64,000 bases of DNA from Takakia lepidozioides (Eukaryota; Plantae; Bryophyta), in contig CM060732.1 of assembly GCA_030704615.1 (NCBI GenBank), positions 51,956,001-52,020,000 on the forward strand. The letters are read 5' to 3'. Positions 1 to 13,740 of this stretch are shown here, one piece after another. Made by a program: the position numbers and the translations under genes. Each line of letters begins with the position of its first letter. Positions within the stretch are counted from its first letter, which is position 1. A model generated the notes under the pieces. It did not search any database. It was not told the DNA's origin and saw nothing but the letters and a program-made list of their open reading frames with translations.

Positions 1-169
1 TTTGAATGTAATCCGTCCCCAGTTTGTCTTTAAATGTTGAGAACTATGCCTTATTGAAGTGGTATTTTTTTTCACTTTATGCCACTCGTCCTTAGTGTAT
101 GGTTCCGTACACTGTTTGTTCCTATGAGGCCACCCCAACACTTCTATAACATCGTCGACAATAAACCGG

Positions 170-1990
170 TGCATTTTCACGTCATCTATGTACTTGTTCA
201 TGCCTTGAATTGATTTGTCTTGTCCTTTGTAATATCGAATGGTCAATTTCAAGTCTAGGATTTTCCCTGCTCCCAGCGTTTGAACACATCTTCCCAGATC
301 TTCCAAACGTCGTCGTCGCAAAGTACCAGAACCATTGCCTCCTTAATGCTACCCATTTCAAGTATCAAATGACAGGCACACATGAACTCCTGCACTTTCA
401 TCCACGGAAAAATTAGGTGTCACTCCGACAACAGATGTATACTTTAGCATAAAATGAATGTGAATAGTAAATTTTCATTCCATAAATGCATGCCTTCCAT
501 TGTTTCGTCTCGGACTTGGTGGTGTGATCGTTGTATTTCTTTGGCTTCCCCCTCAGGTTGAATAACATTCGCGCATGCGCAACTTTCTCCTGCATTGTTG
601 TATCAAACTTTTGCGCCTTCCTCGAGAAGTTCCTGCGACAGTTAAGGTAAAATGGGTGAGAGAGGTGAAAGGGATAGGGACATATCCAATTTCGAGGGAA
701 CACCAACCTCCACTGCCCAGTGGAGGTTCCTTAAAAGAGAGGGCTGGGTGGAAATGAAGTCCATTGCCTTTGCGGCTACAATGGTGTATTGTCCTCCAAT
801 GACGAAGAACCTGGATACGTCCATTTCCTTCCATTGCTTCGGTCGCGATGAAACAATCTTCTTTGGATTTGAAGGGTTGATTGGCACAAGATACACCGGA
901 TGTTTGGAGTCGATCAAATGAAGCTGGGAGAGTCGCGCTTTCACTTCGTCCTTATACTTGATATTTAACGGCCTGTAAACCATGCTCCTTGGAGCTAGTT
1001 CTATCATGGAAACCTTCACAAGGAAGGTACTCTCGAATCCAATCGGAAATACATCGCTATATTCCTTCGTGAGCCTCTCCTCCATCTTCTCCCACTTTTC
1101 CTTGTCAAAAATCTCCCCAGCTTTGGGTCTCTTGTTATCTGTCATCAATGCTGGATCCTGATCCTCCTTCTGTTTCTTCTTGCCTGCGGAAGTCCCGACC
1201 TCATTGTCATTATTCCCAGCAGTCAACGACTTGCGTTTTCCCTTCTTCGGCTTCGATGCTTCCTTCAATGTTCGCTTCTTGCGATTGTCGTTCCCCATTG
1301 TGTGCAGAAGATCCAGAAAAATACTCCAGGCCATCGACAAACCTACGTCGGTAAATACTGAGCCCTCGTCGGGAAATCTAAAACCCAGTCCAATGCATTT
1401 ACTCATCAACGACTTGTTCAGACGATCCACCTCCACTTTGAAACCAAACATCTTTGGGGTTCTCGCATCCTCATACAGGAACAAAACCAACATCGGGTTT
1501 TCCTCTTCAGATTCACGCTCAATATATCAAGAGCTTTTGCGTATTTTACGTCTGTTATTACTCCACGACTTCTGTAATGAAAAGTCAGCTTGTGATCAGG
1601 AGGTGTACCCACAGGGACGATGCCCCAATCTGTCACCTCTGGGTTCAGCTCAAAAATTGCAGTATGGTTACTTTTGAAATTTGAGGACTTGCGGCATATG
1701 AATGCGCCACAAATATCTCCAATCAATTCCGGGACGCAATCTGGTGGTGTAGGATGTTTTCTGTTACAAAACACAAATTCATTAGATATTCAAATAACAA
1801 GATCTCTCTTACTAGCATCCATCATTCCATTTATAAGAACCTCCACTGGACAGTGGATCCCTGACATATACCCCTCCAAACTATTCGCGTGATATACTCA
1901 GGGAGATCAGAAGAAGCATTTTGTAGTGGTTGGGTATAACCTAGACTCGTCTGAGTATAGTAGATGAAGTCTGCGCGAGAAGTCCCTGAG
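170..1990 (-). mobile_element. Degenerate, probably transposon-borne gene with a ParB/Sulfiredoxin-like segment
   Basis: ORFs 1418-1774, 642-1493 and 413-706, plus a frame near 260-400 (GSIKEAMVLVLCDDDVWKIWEDVFKRWEQGK), read as one frameshifted or spliced protein. The segment VSMIELAP..YRPLN..YKDEVKARL...VYLVP...FFVIGGQYTIVAAK resembles the ParB/Srx core. Boundaries are approximate. Confidence 0.4.
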
Positions 1991-4024
1991 TATTTTTTGA
2001 AGGAATTAGGTTCTAAGATTTCATTTGTAGATTTGTCTTGTTTCAGGATGATGTATTCAATGGCTCATGAGCCTCATTTTCATTAAAGTTTCTTTCTACA
2101 ACATCTGTATAATAGGGAAGATTTCCCTTTTCATGTAGAAAGCCTCGTACATACACTTGCGAATACATGGGTGATATTACAATTATCCGTAAAGGGTCCC
2201 AAACTCAGCATGAGAATCCCAAACTCGGCATGAGAACCCTGAGTTTGGCCAAAATTGGGCATGAGACTCGAAACTTAGGATGTGAGGGTACCATTAGAAA
2301 CAAACACGGGACCAAACTGCCAGGACATAGGGAAGTGGTTGTGGTGGGAGTTTGGACCCCAGTTTTGTTCCTCCTCGAGGCGGAGGCACTCAGAGCTCAC
2401 GAGCAGCCGTTGCTCTCATCCCCAGTTTTTTATTTGGTGCCCTCTTTTCCGACTTCGTGCCCGGTTCTGAACTTTGCGGATTTACTCAAACTCATGATGA
2501 AATAAGAACTGAGGTCCAAACTGGGTACAACTTAGAGGTTGGGTAGCGCGTGAGCAGGCTCATGTGAGCACAAGGGCATATTCCCCGAAATTCCGCAAAT
2601 TTCCAAAGCGAAACGAACTTGGCGAAACTAAACATTATGCGAAACTAACACATAAAGAACAAGTAGCCCCTATATCTGATGAACATCTTACCCTATAGGC
2701 GTGGCTTTTTCTCCATAACAGGCGCGAGAGAGTGGTGAGACTTCACCTCAAAATATTGCATGTCCTCACCCATAGCTAATTTCTCACATGGAAACTCTAT
2801 ATCAAATAGCCTGAGAAGAAATCACACTGAAGGATAATTTCGCTCCGAGAAACTCTGTACCAACTAGCCTGAATTGGATATGGGACATTTGCTGAGTTCA
2901 AGGCCTTTTCCACGGTTAACTTAGCTTGGGCCTGCCCCTTATTGTGAGTATGTAGTTCACTACACGTACTCGTACCTGTATTCCACGCCCGAAGGTCAAC
3001 CAGGTACACCGGTCCAACGCTGGGGATGACCTGCGTGGCCCGTGGTAATGGGGGGTTACGTCGTGCTGCACCCGCCATAGTTTCTACCGCCCAGGAGAGC
3101 CCGTGGGCTGTAAAGAAGCAGCGAGCTCAAACCCTAACTGCGATGACCACAGAGCAGCAGGTAAACCCTCGAATGGCCGTGTGTTGCTTGGGGCAAGCCA
3201 CTCCGTAGCAGTCTGTACGCTTTTTGTTTCTGCACATTATCTTACTTGTGTGGCCCGCTCTTTGCGTGCGAGGGATTTTGATATTGGGGTAGTTACTCGG
3301 ATGCCTTCCTCGGAGAAGTCTCTCTGATTCTCCCTAAGTGGGTTCTCTGGTCGTGATCGAAGGCCTGCGTTTGATCTGAGGTATATTGTGGTGTCTCTGT
3401 GAATCGCTTTGTTTCGTGTTGTGTGTAGCGTCAATCTGCTTTCTGATACCCTCTTTTGTGGCGACGTTCTCATCCTGCCCAGAATAGATGAAAATCCCGC
3501 ATAGTAAGGCAAACGATCATGTAGGGGTCTTGCTGCCGATCAGTCGTAGTGTAAATCAAGGGAACGATTTCCAGGTATCGCTTTAGATGCCTACGCTTCT
3601 TTGCTGATGTCAACATTGCATGTCAGCTCCTGTAGTCCGTTTCCAATGTAAGGTGGGGGGTTGCGTGCCATCGATCGAAGAAAATTTCACGTTCAACCCA
3701 CCGGTGGTACGCATGATAACCACGTTTCTTTTCTCAGACTTATCTTGTGGTTATACCACCTCACAGCCTGTGGTATAAACGAACAAGAAAGACTGGTGTA
3801 CAGACAGGTAAGTCAATCGATGAGACGTAGCTGCCTCCAACATTAGGGCATCTTTACTACGCTACTGGACTAAGTAGCTTGTCATGGTTGGGCAGATGAT
3901 GCGGGCATAGAACGAGTGAAGTGTGAAGATGTTTTGCTGAAGTTAGATGGCCTTGCGAATTTTATCGGCATAATCCTCCATAGGTGACATCTTATTGGAG
4001 AAAGTAAGCTACTTTACACCCTCG

Positions 4025-7000
4025 ATGGCTGATACAGAGGATGATGATAGAGATGAGGAATGGTTTAAGGAGGTGTATGGAAGCGGGTATACAGGGCCTT
4101 CTAAGGCTCCCCACGAGAACCCTCGTGATACTACAGCAGTCAGCAAGGCCTCCAGCAAACGTGTCAGCGCCAATATAAGTGACTCTGATGAGGATAATGA
4201 GCCTCGTGACCCATACGCAGTTCCTACAGACTTCACGAGTAGGGAAGCCAAAGTGTGGGAAGCGAAGGCAAAGGCAGTAGAAAGAAACTGGAAGCGCAGA
4301 AAGGAAGAGGAGCTTACCTGCCGCCTCTGTGGCGAGGTTGGCCATTTCGCCCAGGTATGTATTGGTTGGTTTCTGCAGGCATTTCTAAGTCTGACCCAGT
4401 CCCCAGTGCAATGGGCAGTTTAAATGACACTGACGCTTTAAATGCTGGCTAGGTGACCTAATGTTCTATCTACAATCTGCACAAGGAGGTTGACCACTGA
4501 GGATGTTTGACAACTGATGGAGGTATAGAGGGATGATGTGAAATGGCGTTGATTGACCATGATTTATGAACAGATGTACCAGCTAGCTTACCAGAGGTTT
4601 TGAGCCAAGCCTGCAGATGCTGAAAGACAACTTCAGTCACCATAACACTTTCGAGATGTCATGGATATGAAACTATATCTATGTTTCACTGCTGACGCAG
4701 ACTTCCTACTCAGTAATAGAACAAAAGTATCTTATCTGGTCATATTAGCTTGTTGGCACCAATCTTTGAAAACAGAAGAGCTGAATCTGAAAGCCTGATG
4801 TGGGTCTTCTGGCCTCTCACGGTGGTTTCCTCACAGTTACTTATTAGATTTCAATCCAAGCGTAAGCTAGCGTTCTCCTTGTGAGTTCATGTTAATTTGT
4901 CCCATCTTCAACCGCATAGTGTGGGGTAGATTGCTCAACATTGCGTGATGTTTTCCTAACCATAAATTTCAGTATGTTGTCGTTGACCCTGTGTATGTGC
5001 AAAGGGGTATAACACCGAGCAGCGGTTGAGTTGGATCTTCTTTAAGTCTGCGGTTGTTGGTTTCATTTATACATGCACTTGAAATCCTTTTAGTTAAACA
5101 TGGCGTGCCAGGAACTAGAGCAGGTAGCCCAGTGGTTGGGTGTTTCTGCCTTGCCCATGCATAAGCTAGGTGATCTAAAGTGTCCACCTTCAACGGAAGG
5201 CAGTCTTCCTTCAGGATGAAGTGACACTTTAGTTTGCGCTTCCTCTGGGAGGAGTCCTCTTTCTTTCTTTGGTGTGCCAGTTTTTTGTTTTTCGTATTTT
5301 TTGGCGCATATGCTGAGACAGCAAGGTGAAGTTGTCCTGGAGGTGTTTGAACTTCTAGGCACATAATTTGTTCTCTGAAGGTTTTATTCGTTGCCAGAGG
5401 CAATGTGAGATCCTAACCCTGCTTTGAGCTGATGGTGTTTTGTGTTTCTCACTACGTATCTAGTTTTAGCCGTGTAGAGGGAGGCCTACTAAGAGATGCT
5501 ATAGCAATGTCTGCTCCATGCAAGTTATGTTTTCACATTGGCTTATGCGGAAGGAGATTGGATGTGAGTGCAGGGATGCCCGACCACTCTAGGAGGGAAC
5601 CGCAAGTCTGGGGAGGTGGTTGAGAGGATCCCACTTCGTGACAAGCGGTTGAAACCCCGGATCATTGGCACAGGTGGATCTATAATCCAGGGCATTGAAA
5701 AGGACACAGGCTGTCGCCTGAAACTGGAAGATAATCTCACAGCTGGGAACGGGGCCTTTTTTGTGAAAGTTACAGGCCCTGATAGGATGACTGTCTCCAA
5801 AGCGGTTGATGCAGTCTCAAAGCTGGTAGAGCAAGTTGAAGATGAGTGGAAGCAGCAGCAGGGTGTGCGGAGGCCATCTGGGGGAGGAGGCTTCCGAGGG
5901 GGTCCAACAGTCAATCCTTTGATTGCTGCGCAAATGCAGCATATTGCCTCCCAGAGACTGCACCACAATAACTCCAACACCGGGGGTCCTGGCCGTGGGG
6001 AACCAATGGATGAGGAGAAGCGCACCATTGAGCATATTGCATCGCAGCTGGAGGCCCGCCGGCAGTGGGAAGCCGTGTCGGGCTCTTCGCAGCAGTCCCT
6101 GAATGGCTCATATAAAGAGGGTAAGTGAGGCCTAAGTCTCTTGACACTTTAAAGAACTTGTCTAGTTCCAGTGAGAAATGGACTGCACATTGGAGGACTA
6201 GCTAGAAACCAAGATGGGTGACATAATAGCATTAGCATAGTGTGGCATCTCGAAATGGCTATCTCGTCACAGATGCTAGATAGCACCCGATTGGAGTCCT
6301 CAGGTAAGTTTCTGCCCGACCGATACTTGAGAAATTGCTATTTATGCTGAAAAGCCTTTCAGAAATGGACACATATAAGCTTGCTGGCTCGCGAAGGCTG
6401 GAGGACTGGGGGTGCAGAGCACTATGTACACTCAGTTTGAGTTTGGGAATGAGGCCAGGCTTTTTTCCTTGTGGGTATCTGGGTCACCATTATCCTCCTC
6501 CCTGTTTCTCTGGGTGGAGGAAGGCACTTTAGCGATCCCTCAGCCCCGGCTTGATCTGAGGATCTCCCTCACGTTTTCCCCTCATTTCTTGAAGGCCATC
6601 CTGCTTCGGGAGCTGGGAGCATTTCAACACCATTTAAGGGGACTGGTCCTGCCGATGGAGGGAGTGCTTTCTACCCAGACACTGGAGGTTCTTACCCTGT
6701 ACAGATGAAAGAAGAGCTAGACACGGACTTGAGTTACGAGGAACAAACCCTGGATGATATAGAACGTCGATTTCTGCAAGAGACCATCGAACTCACCAAA
6801 GATCAAAACAAGGAAGAAGATGCAGAGAATGCTCGTCATCGCAAGGTTTGTTTTTGTGTACTTTCAATTTCGAGAAAATTAACCAAAATTTTGTTTCTTA
6901 TTCATAGAGGATTGACAAGAAAGGTAATTGGTTTGTACTTAGTCTGCTGAAAGCTGCAGCGGCCGTGCTGAGAAGTGGTGGAAAGTGTTTCATAGAGTTT

Positions 7001-7872
7001 GAGGTGTTTACAAGTGAGAGGCTGAGATCAGCCACTCAAAAGACAATGCCCCATGGTTTACTGCTCTCTCACTTTACTGCTCTCACATGGTCCAGGTAGG
7101 TTCTCTTACACCACTTCTTTGTTTTTGAGAAAAGCCCTTGGAGTTGGTGCACATTTGTTTGCTGTAAGTTCTGGTCACATTTGACCCCATGAAAGCATAG
7201 CTCTCACTGGATGATTGATGAGCAGCCCTGATGAAGCATCTCTTCTGTTATCATCACACTAAAACTGTGACTTCCTGTGAAAACGAGCTCAATGGGTTTC
7301 TGAGTGATGGCAAATTCACCAGCTTACTTGTAAGTAAAGGGAGATGTGTAGAACACCCCGGGATGAAGATCTACTTTGGTAACTTGCTCTATGGCTGCGG
7401 TTGATTTGACCATATTAAGTGACAAGAGAAATTCCTTGCCTGTCTGGTTTTTATGGTGCAGCGACTGTTTGAGATCCAGGAGCACTATCAGCAGAAGATG
7501 ACACAGTTACGTGCCAAGCAGGCCAAACAACGTGAGGACTTCATGTGTCATGAAGCCCACTTGCGATACCAGCAACCCCCTAGCAGTTATCCTCCTTACC
7601 AATATACTGGGGCTGGGGGTGCGGAAGCCTTCCCTTCTGTTCCTACATTCAATGGCAGCAGCACATATGACCAGGACTCCATGGAGAACTTACAGGCCAA
7701 TTCTACCGTCTATGAGACGTATCATGATGGAGGCTACACAAGTGGTGGAGGGGGGGGGGCTTATAACAGAAAGCAGGGGTATGATACCAGCAGTCCATAT
7801 AGCAAAAGCGAGACCTATGACACGCCAGCGTATTCCTATGGAGGTTCACAAACATACCCCACGTATGGATGA
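4025..7872 (+). CDS. CCHC zinc-knuckle / KH-domain RNA-binding protein, 4 exons (4025-4354, 5574-6120, 6595-6845, 7462-7872), 512 aa
   Basis: GT-AG junctions give a phase-consistent 1539-nt CDS. The CRLCGEVGHFAQ|GC knuckle is split by intron 1. KH GxxG loop RIIGTGGSIIQGIEKDTGC; coiled-coil QTLDDIERRF...EDAENARHR. Confidence 0.9.
5121..5200 (+). mobile_element. Degenerate tRNA-derived SINE head in intron 1
   Basis: GGTAGCCCAGTGGTTGGGTGTTTCTGCCTTGCCCATGCATAAGCTAGGTGATC closely matches the reverse complement of 10655-10710; A-box-like start. Confidence 0.5.
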
Positions 7873-9756
7873 CAAAGATAGAGGAACAAAAGCCGATGCG
7901 AGCGAGGAGAGAAAGGTGTGGGGGAAACATACCGTGAATACTTGAGTCTTTACCTTCTTCAAGTCTGAGTTTTCTTTATGAGTCTTTACCTTGTTCATCA
8001 ATAATCTTGGATGGTAAATGCTGCAGTGAGAGTACTAGGGGTCTGGCGGATAGGTTGGGAAGAGTGGTGGATATCTGTGATAACATGGCGAATGGTATGT
8101 AGAGCGTTCTTATTACGTCCCGATTACGTTGTGTTTAAAACATTTGTCTACGAAATACTGGGAAAGAGGAATGACTGGATCTTGTCCTGTAGCTATTTGC
8201 AGATGGGGAGGCTTTTGGTACATTTTTTGCTAATAATGGTTTCTGTGTGGTCAATTGGTGGGGCATTTTACAGCTTACGAGGGAACACCAAAAGAGCTCC
8301 ATCTCTGTCCACATTCATCTGACGAAGGTGGAAGTCATGTTTACTATGTCACGGAAGGAAAAACTGAGAACAGAGGGAGCTCTCTGCCGTGAGTAGAGTA
8401 GCTGAACGTATCATGTGGTTTGCAACATTTTTAACTTGGTTGAGATGCTTTCATGGAGATGGACTGTTCCCCCAATGTCACAGACCATCCAATTGATTGT
8501 TTTGACTTGTGAAATTTGCAGAGCTCATATTTTATGGAGGGGATGTGACACTGACAGATACATAGACCATTTTTATGTATTGTGACTGTAGACAGTTGTT
8601 GTTGTTCGTACCTAGGGTCTGTAGTGCATCGTGACCGTTCCTTGACTCCTGGTTTTATTAAAGTGCTGCCACTTGACCTCTCAAAAGTGGGTATGTAGTA
8701 AGATGCTTAACCTAGGCTCGAAGTCTATTTGCGGATACGAAAGCAGAGGTGGCTTCTGTAGGGAAGATTGTGTAACTTGGTGTTCTTGGATGTGTAATAG
8801 TGTTTGTAGTGAATGAAATTGGGACAAACCTCTAGGAGAAGGAGCATCTGGAGTTTGGGAAAAAGCCAGCATCGCCTCTCCACCTCCACCTACCAACTAT
8901 TTGCAAGAGACCCTGCACTCCAACTGATATCTGAGACTGGAGATGTTATGACTGGGGGTCACAAATATAGATCACTTGTAATGCCATTGTACAAGCTTGC
9001 TAAACCATCCAGGATTGTTTGATGGGATAGAACTCCACATTTGTCTTTTCTTACTTTCCTATATACCCTTAAGTTTGATACTGATAAGTATTTGGATTCA
9101 TCCTTATGAAGGGTAAATCTTGTCTATACTTCCCTTTACTCGAGAGTGAAGTGGTGCATCCGGACAGTATTTAGTATTTACCTTTATCCTGACTTACTTT
9201 CCAGATAAATCTAGGTAAACTGTTTACCTGCACAACCCTTGGTTTTGAGATACCTTGTCTTCCAGTGTACCTACATGTTGGGATGAAGGGTTGATAGCGA
9301 TCAAGTATAGGGGAATCCTAATCGTAATATCTCGGTTATAGTCTAATACATACATGTCTAACTGGGGTTTTTTTTTTCTCTTATTTGTAATATTCTAATA
9401 ATATCTCTTGTTCATTTGAACTATAACGTATACCTTTATGTTAGGGAATATCTGTATGATATACCCTACATTCATACGTACTGTATATCAATGGGTTTTA
9501 ATCAGTGTTGTCTATGGGTTTTAATATACCCTCCGGGTCCAGAGAAAGTTGGCCTCTAAGTTGAATTGGAATACACCAGGGAGGGTTAATAATTTTTTCT
9601 TGTTTTAGCTTATCCACCGATTTATTTTTTGGTTACAAATAAAAATACACAACAATGCCATAATTTGTCCTGAGGATAAAGATAAAAATCACAAAATCTG
9701 CTACACCAGTTTATATACTGGCGGGTATATCCGGATAAGATACCCCCGGCCAACAG

Positions 9757-10510
9757 TCACTGAAGAGGGAGGACCAGGGCTGTTGGATTTCCAGTCTTTG
9801 AAGTCCTTCGTTCCGCCACCCTATGGCAAATTTGGAAAGCAAGATGCAGTTGGGCATTGGACAACCAAAACTCATCTATGTCAAAGATCCTCACTTTGGT
9901 CTTCAATGACCTCACCATTGCTGCTAAACTTGCCTGGGCAAAATTGGGTGCAGAGTACAACAAGCGCCCAGAACGTGGACCTGCACTCCTCACCTCCTTC
10001 AGGCGCACTTGGGGGAATGGGGGGCTCATCTGCTCCTGCATCGACATCAACACCTGTTTATGGGCAGGTACTATTCCCCATATTTGGCAGCAGCGAAGAG
10101 CCCCCCTCTTCAGCCTCCCCTGACTTTGAAAGATCAGATCAAAACTGGAAGCACATCAAGACGACTGTTAAGTCCAAGCTTCATTTTCACCGGTAGATAG
10201 ATGGGCTTCTCACTGGTTTCTAGTTAGCCACTGTGCCCTATATTTGTACCCGGCTCCCCCTAATCTAGGGTTATTCGAGGGCATCCCCCTCCATCGCTCA
10301 ATGCTTAACGCTCCTTAATTCTACTTGGATAGAGGAGGTCCACTGTCTCAGGTCCACTGTACCCAGGATTCGCCTTCACGACTTGTCGTGTGTTAGGCCT
10401 CATGGCAACCCTCGGGCATGTAAAGGGTTTAATTTTTTCCCTTCAAATAATTCCAAATAAAGTTGTCAGGGCCGCTACCCCTGTTAAAAAATAAATAAAT
10501 AAATAAAATG
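9757..10510 (+). mobile_element. 5'-truncated L1-type LINE (ORF2 C-terminus, 3' UTR, A-rich tail)
   Basis: Translates to VFEVLRSATLWQIWKARCSWALDNQ..., the WxIWKARC motif typical of plant L1 ORF2 C-termini. Ends in (AAAT)n at about 10486-10508. Confidence 0.65.
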
Positions 10511-10616
10511 AAGAGTATGGTTAATTGAATTACGCATAAAGATAAAAAATAAAAATTCTTTAACGTCCAGTGAATTTACAGAGCCTACTGCTCAACACAC
10601 AGGCCATCGAGGGCCC

Positions 10617-10712
10617 AATGGACGGTCTGAAGGCACATGTTGAAGGATTGAACCCAGGATCACCTAGGTTATGCACAGGCAAGGTACAAACACCCGACGA
10701 CTGGGCTACCTG
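10617..10712 (-). mobile_element. tRNA-derived SINE fragment
   Basis: The minus strand has an A-box-like GGTAGCCCAGTCG and a B-box GGGTTCAATCC. Confidence 0.55.
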
Positions 10713-10744
10713 CTTAAGTGCATAAAGATAAAGATAAAGTTTCT

Positions 10745-13253
10745 TGGCCAAGACATTTTGGCAGACTCCGACACTTACATCCGTCTTTTGCAAGAGTGCA
10801 TCAACATGCAAGGCCTAGAAGAAGGAAAGTAGGTGCATGCCCACATTATCCGAACTGGGTTCAAGCCAAAAGTCTTCTTACTTAATACCCTTATGAACAT
10901 GTACGCCAAATGCAGGAGCGTGCTGGATGCACGGCAAGTGTTTGACAACATGCCTAAACGAGTGATATTTACCTGGAATATAATGATAGCAGGATATGCC
11001 AATTATGGGTGCGGGAGGGAGGCAATTGAGATGTATAAGCAAATGATGCAGGAAGGGATGACACCCAATAAGGTGACATTCATATGCATTGGTAAAGCAT
11101 GTGCCTGTCTGGCATCCCTGGAGAAGGGCAAAGGGGTCCATGCCGACATTATCAGAGTCGGGATTGCACCAGATGTGATTTTGGAGACTACCCTTGTTGA
11201 CATATATGCCAAATGTGGGAGCATGTGTCGTGCGCATACATATCGCTACACAACTACATCGCTGTCCAAAACCACACAACACATGTGCACACCACACACT
11301 AGTATACCACTAGTCCACCACTAGTCCAACCACTAGGCTACAACTAGTCAGTCACTAGGCTGCCACTATGCTGCCCACTATGGCAGTCACTAGTCCATAC
11401 AACTCTTGTGTGATAAAGAAGAAGAATACAAGCACAAGCTCATGCAAGCTCACAAAGCTGAAGCATAAACTCATGCATATATAACCTCATCACTCAAATA
11501 CAAGTCAAGCCAAGTGCACCCCACGCCATGGGGAATCCACACTACGGCGCCATAGCTAGGCGCGGTGAGGCTCAACTCGAGAAAGATGAGCCTCCCGCGC
11601 TTGCCGTGAAGATAACCACCCAAGGCCTAACTGCCTTGACCCCTGGATTGACACTTGGGCCCATCCCAAATATCAATATGTAAAAGCTAGCTATTTCCTA
11701 GCTAGTTTCACACTAGTGGTGAAATAACTTGACACATGCAATATGCGCGTCAAGTGTTTGATAATTATACTCATCATGGGTGTTGTATGGAGGCTTTTGA
11801 GATGTATGGGCAAATGATACATGAAGAGGTGACTCTGGACAAAATAACTTTCAATTGCGTTCTCAGGGCGTGTGGCAGCCTGGCAGCCCTGGAGAAGGGC
11901 AAAGAGGTTCATGCTAACATTATCAAATGTGGAATTCCACCGGATATCATCCTGGAGACTGCCCTCACAAACATGTACGCCAAATGTGGGAACATGAAGG
12001 ATACGCTTGAAGTGTTTGACATCATGGCTGAGTGTGATGTTGTGTCATGGAGCGCTATGATTGCAGGATATGCTCAGAATCACTGTGGTAGGGAGGCTTT
12101 TGGCATCTATGACCACATGATCAAGGAAGTCGTGGCACCCAACAAATCACATATATCTTCTCAATGCTTGTGCCAGCCTTGTAAGCCTGGAAAAGAACTA
12201 CATGCTGAGATAATCAAAGTTGGAATCCCAGCAGATATCATTCTGGACACTGCCCTTGTTAACATATATGCAAAATGTGGGAGCATGGAGGATGCCATTC
12301 AACTGTTTGACAATGCAGCTCAACGGAATGTGGTTTCATGGAATGCGGTGATTGCAGGATGTGGTTAGCATGGTTGTGCCAGGGACGCCCTTCAATTATT
12401 TGAACAAATGCAAGAGAAAGGGTTGAAGCCAAATAGTGTCACCTTTATTTGTGTTCTCTCTGCATGTAGCCATGTAAGCCGAGTGGATGAGGGTTGTCAC
12501 TACTTTTGATTACATGAATCAAGTTCATGACCTTGCTCCTACAGTGAAGCATTCTGGCCACATGGTGGATCTTTTTGCGCGTGCGGGAATATTGGTTGAT
12601 GCGGAGGAGTTTGCCAACAGAATGCCTATCAAACCAGGTACTTCAGTGTGGGGGGCCTTGCTTGGTGTTTGCAGAATTCATGGCAATGTGGCAGTAGTCG
12701 AATGTGTGGCAAAATGCCTCCTGCAGTAGAATCTGCAGGAGGCTGCGACTTATGTGCTGCTATCAAACATCTATGCTGCAACTGGCAGGTGGGACGATTC
12801 AACAAAAGTGAGAAAAATAATGCAGGACAGAGGTGTGAGAAAAGAACCAGGGCACAGCTACATTAAGGTGGACAACCGGGTGCACACATTCGTTGAAGAA
12901 GAGAATTTGCATCCACAAATTGAGGAAATCCATGCTGAGCTGAAGAGATTGTCTATGTGCATGAAAGAGGCTGGGTATGTACCTGACACACAGTTTGCAT
13001 TGCATGATGGGGAGGTGGAGCAAAAAGAAGTTTCTCTTTGTCACCATAATGAGAAGCTAACGATTGATTTTGGGCTCATGGGCATCCCCCTGGGATGCCC
13101 ATCCGTGTCATCAAAAACCTACAGGTGTGTGATGACTGCCACACCGCTACCAAATTCATATCAAAGATTATTGGTCGTACAATTGTTGGGCGGGATACCA
13201 ACCGCTTTCACCACTTCCAAGATGGGGATTGCTCTTGTGGGGATTACTGGTGA
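10745..13253 (+). pseudogene. PLS-class PPR-DYW (DYW:PG type, organellar C-to-U editing factor) pseudogene
   Basis: P/L/S repeats (NTLMNMYAKC, SWNAVIAG), E domain, PG box KEPGHSYIKVDNRVHTF, HNEK...CDDC deaminase motif and terminal CSCGDYW* (TGA 13251-13253). Contains in-frame stops (10830, 12366), several frameshifts and a solo-LTR insertion. Confidence 0.9.
11226..11734. mobile_element. Solo LTR-like insertion (509 bp) with 4-bp TSD CATG
   Basis: Termini TGTC...GACA, flanked by CATG at 11222-11225 and 11735-11738. Removing the insert and one TSD restores the PPR frame KCGSMQYARQVFD. Confidence 0.85.
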
Positions 13254-13369
13254 AAAAAACAGCAAGTGTGTCGCCTCAAGCAGGTAATAAACAAGTGTTT
13301 CATTGAAAACATCTCAACTGTCCCTGTGAACTACCCGTATGATCTCTTTGCCGCCAAAAACTTTAAAGT

Positions 13370-13740
13370 GATTCATTCATGGTGAATATTGCCATCCACG
13401 TGCAACACTGAAATTTATGGCAGGCCTTATTGCAGAGCAGTGTTGATTCATCCATGTCGACGATCACAATCACAGACATTATCAAACAGCTGGAGTACCA
13501 AACTGACGGGAAGCTTCATTGCAGGGGAGAATGAATCACCAAACAACTGAAGTATTGGATTGCAAGGTGTGTTAGTCCATCATGGTGGTAGTTACCACCT
13601 GTGTACAACTTCAAACAACTGGAGCACCAAATTCGCGGAAAGTCTTATTGGGGCAAAATGTTGATTTATTCATGGTGATGATCACCATTCGCAGTCAATA
13701 GCTGGAGTACTGAATTCGTGGAAGCCAGGTGTTACCAACT
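13370..13740. repeat. Degenerate tandem repeat (3-4 units) downstream of the PPR gene
   Basis: Recurring motifs GATTCATxCATGGTG and CxGGAGxACCAAxTxxCGGAAAG at about 13370, 13440-13515, 13615-13645 and 13660-13725. Confidence 0.45.

Noticed and set aside
8680-9020. Short coding-like stretch downstream of the zinc-knuckle gene
   Set aside because: Interrupted by stops, with no recognisable family.
10830-12368. TAG stops at expected CAG (Gln) positions in the PPR gene, suggesting U-to-C editing rescue
   Set aside because: Such editing is organellar, and this nuclear gene also has frameshifts and an LTR insertion. C-to-T decay explains the stops.
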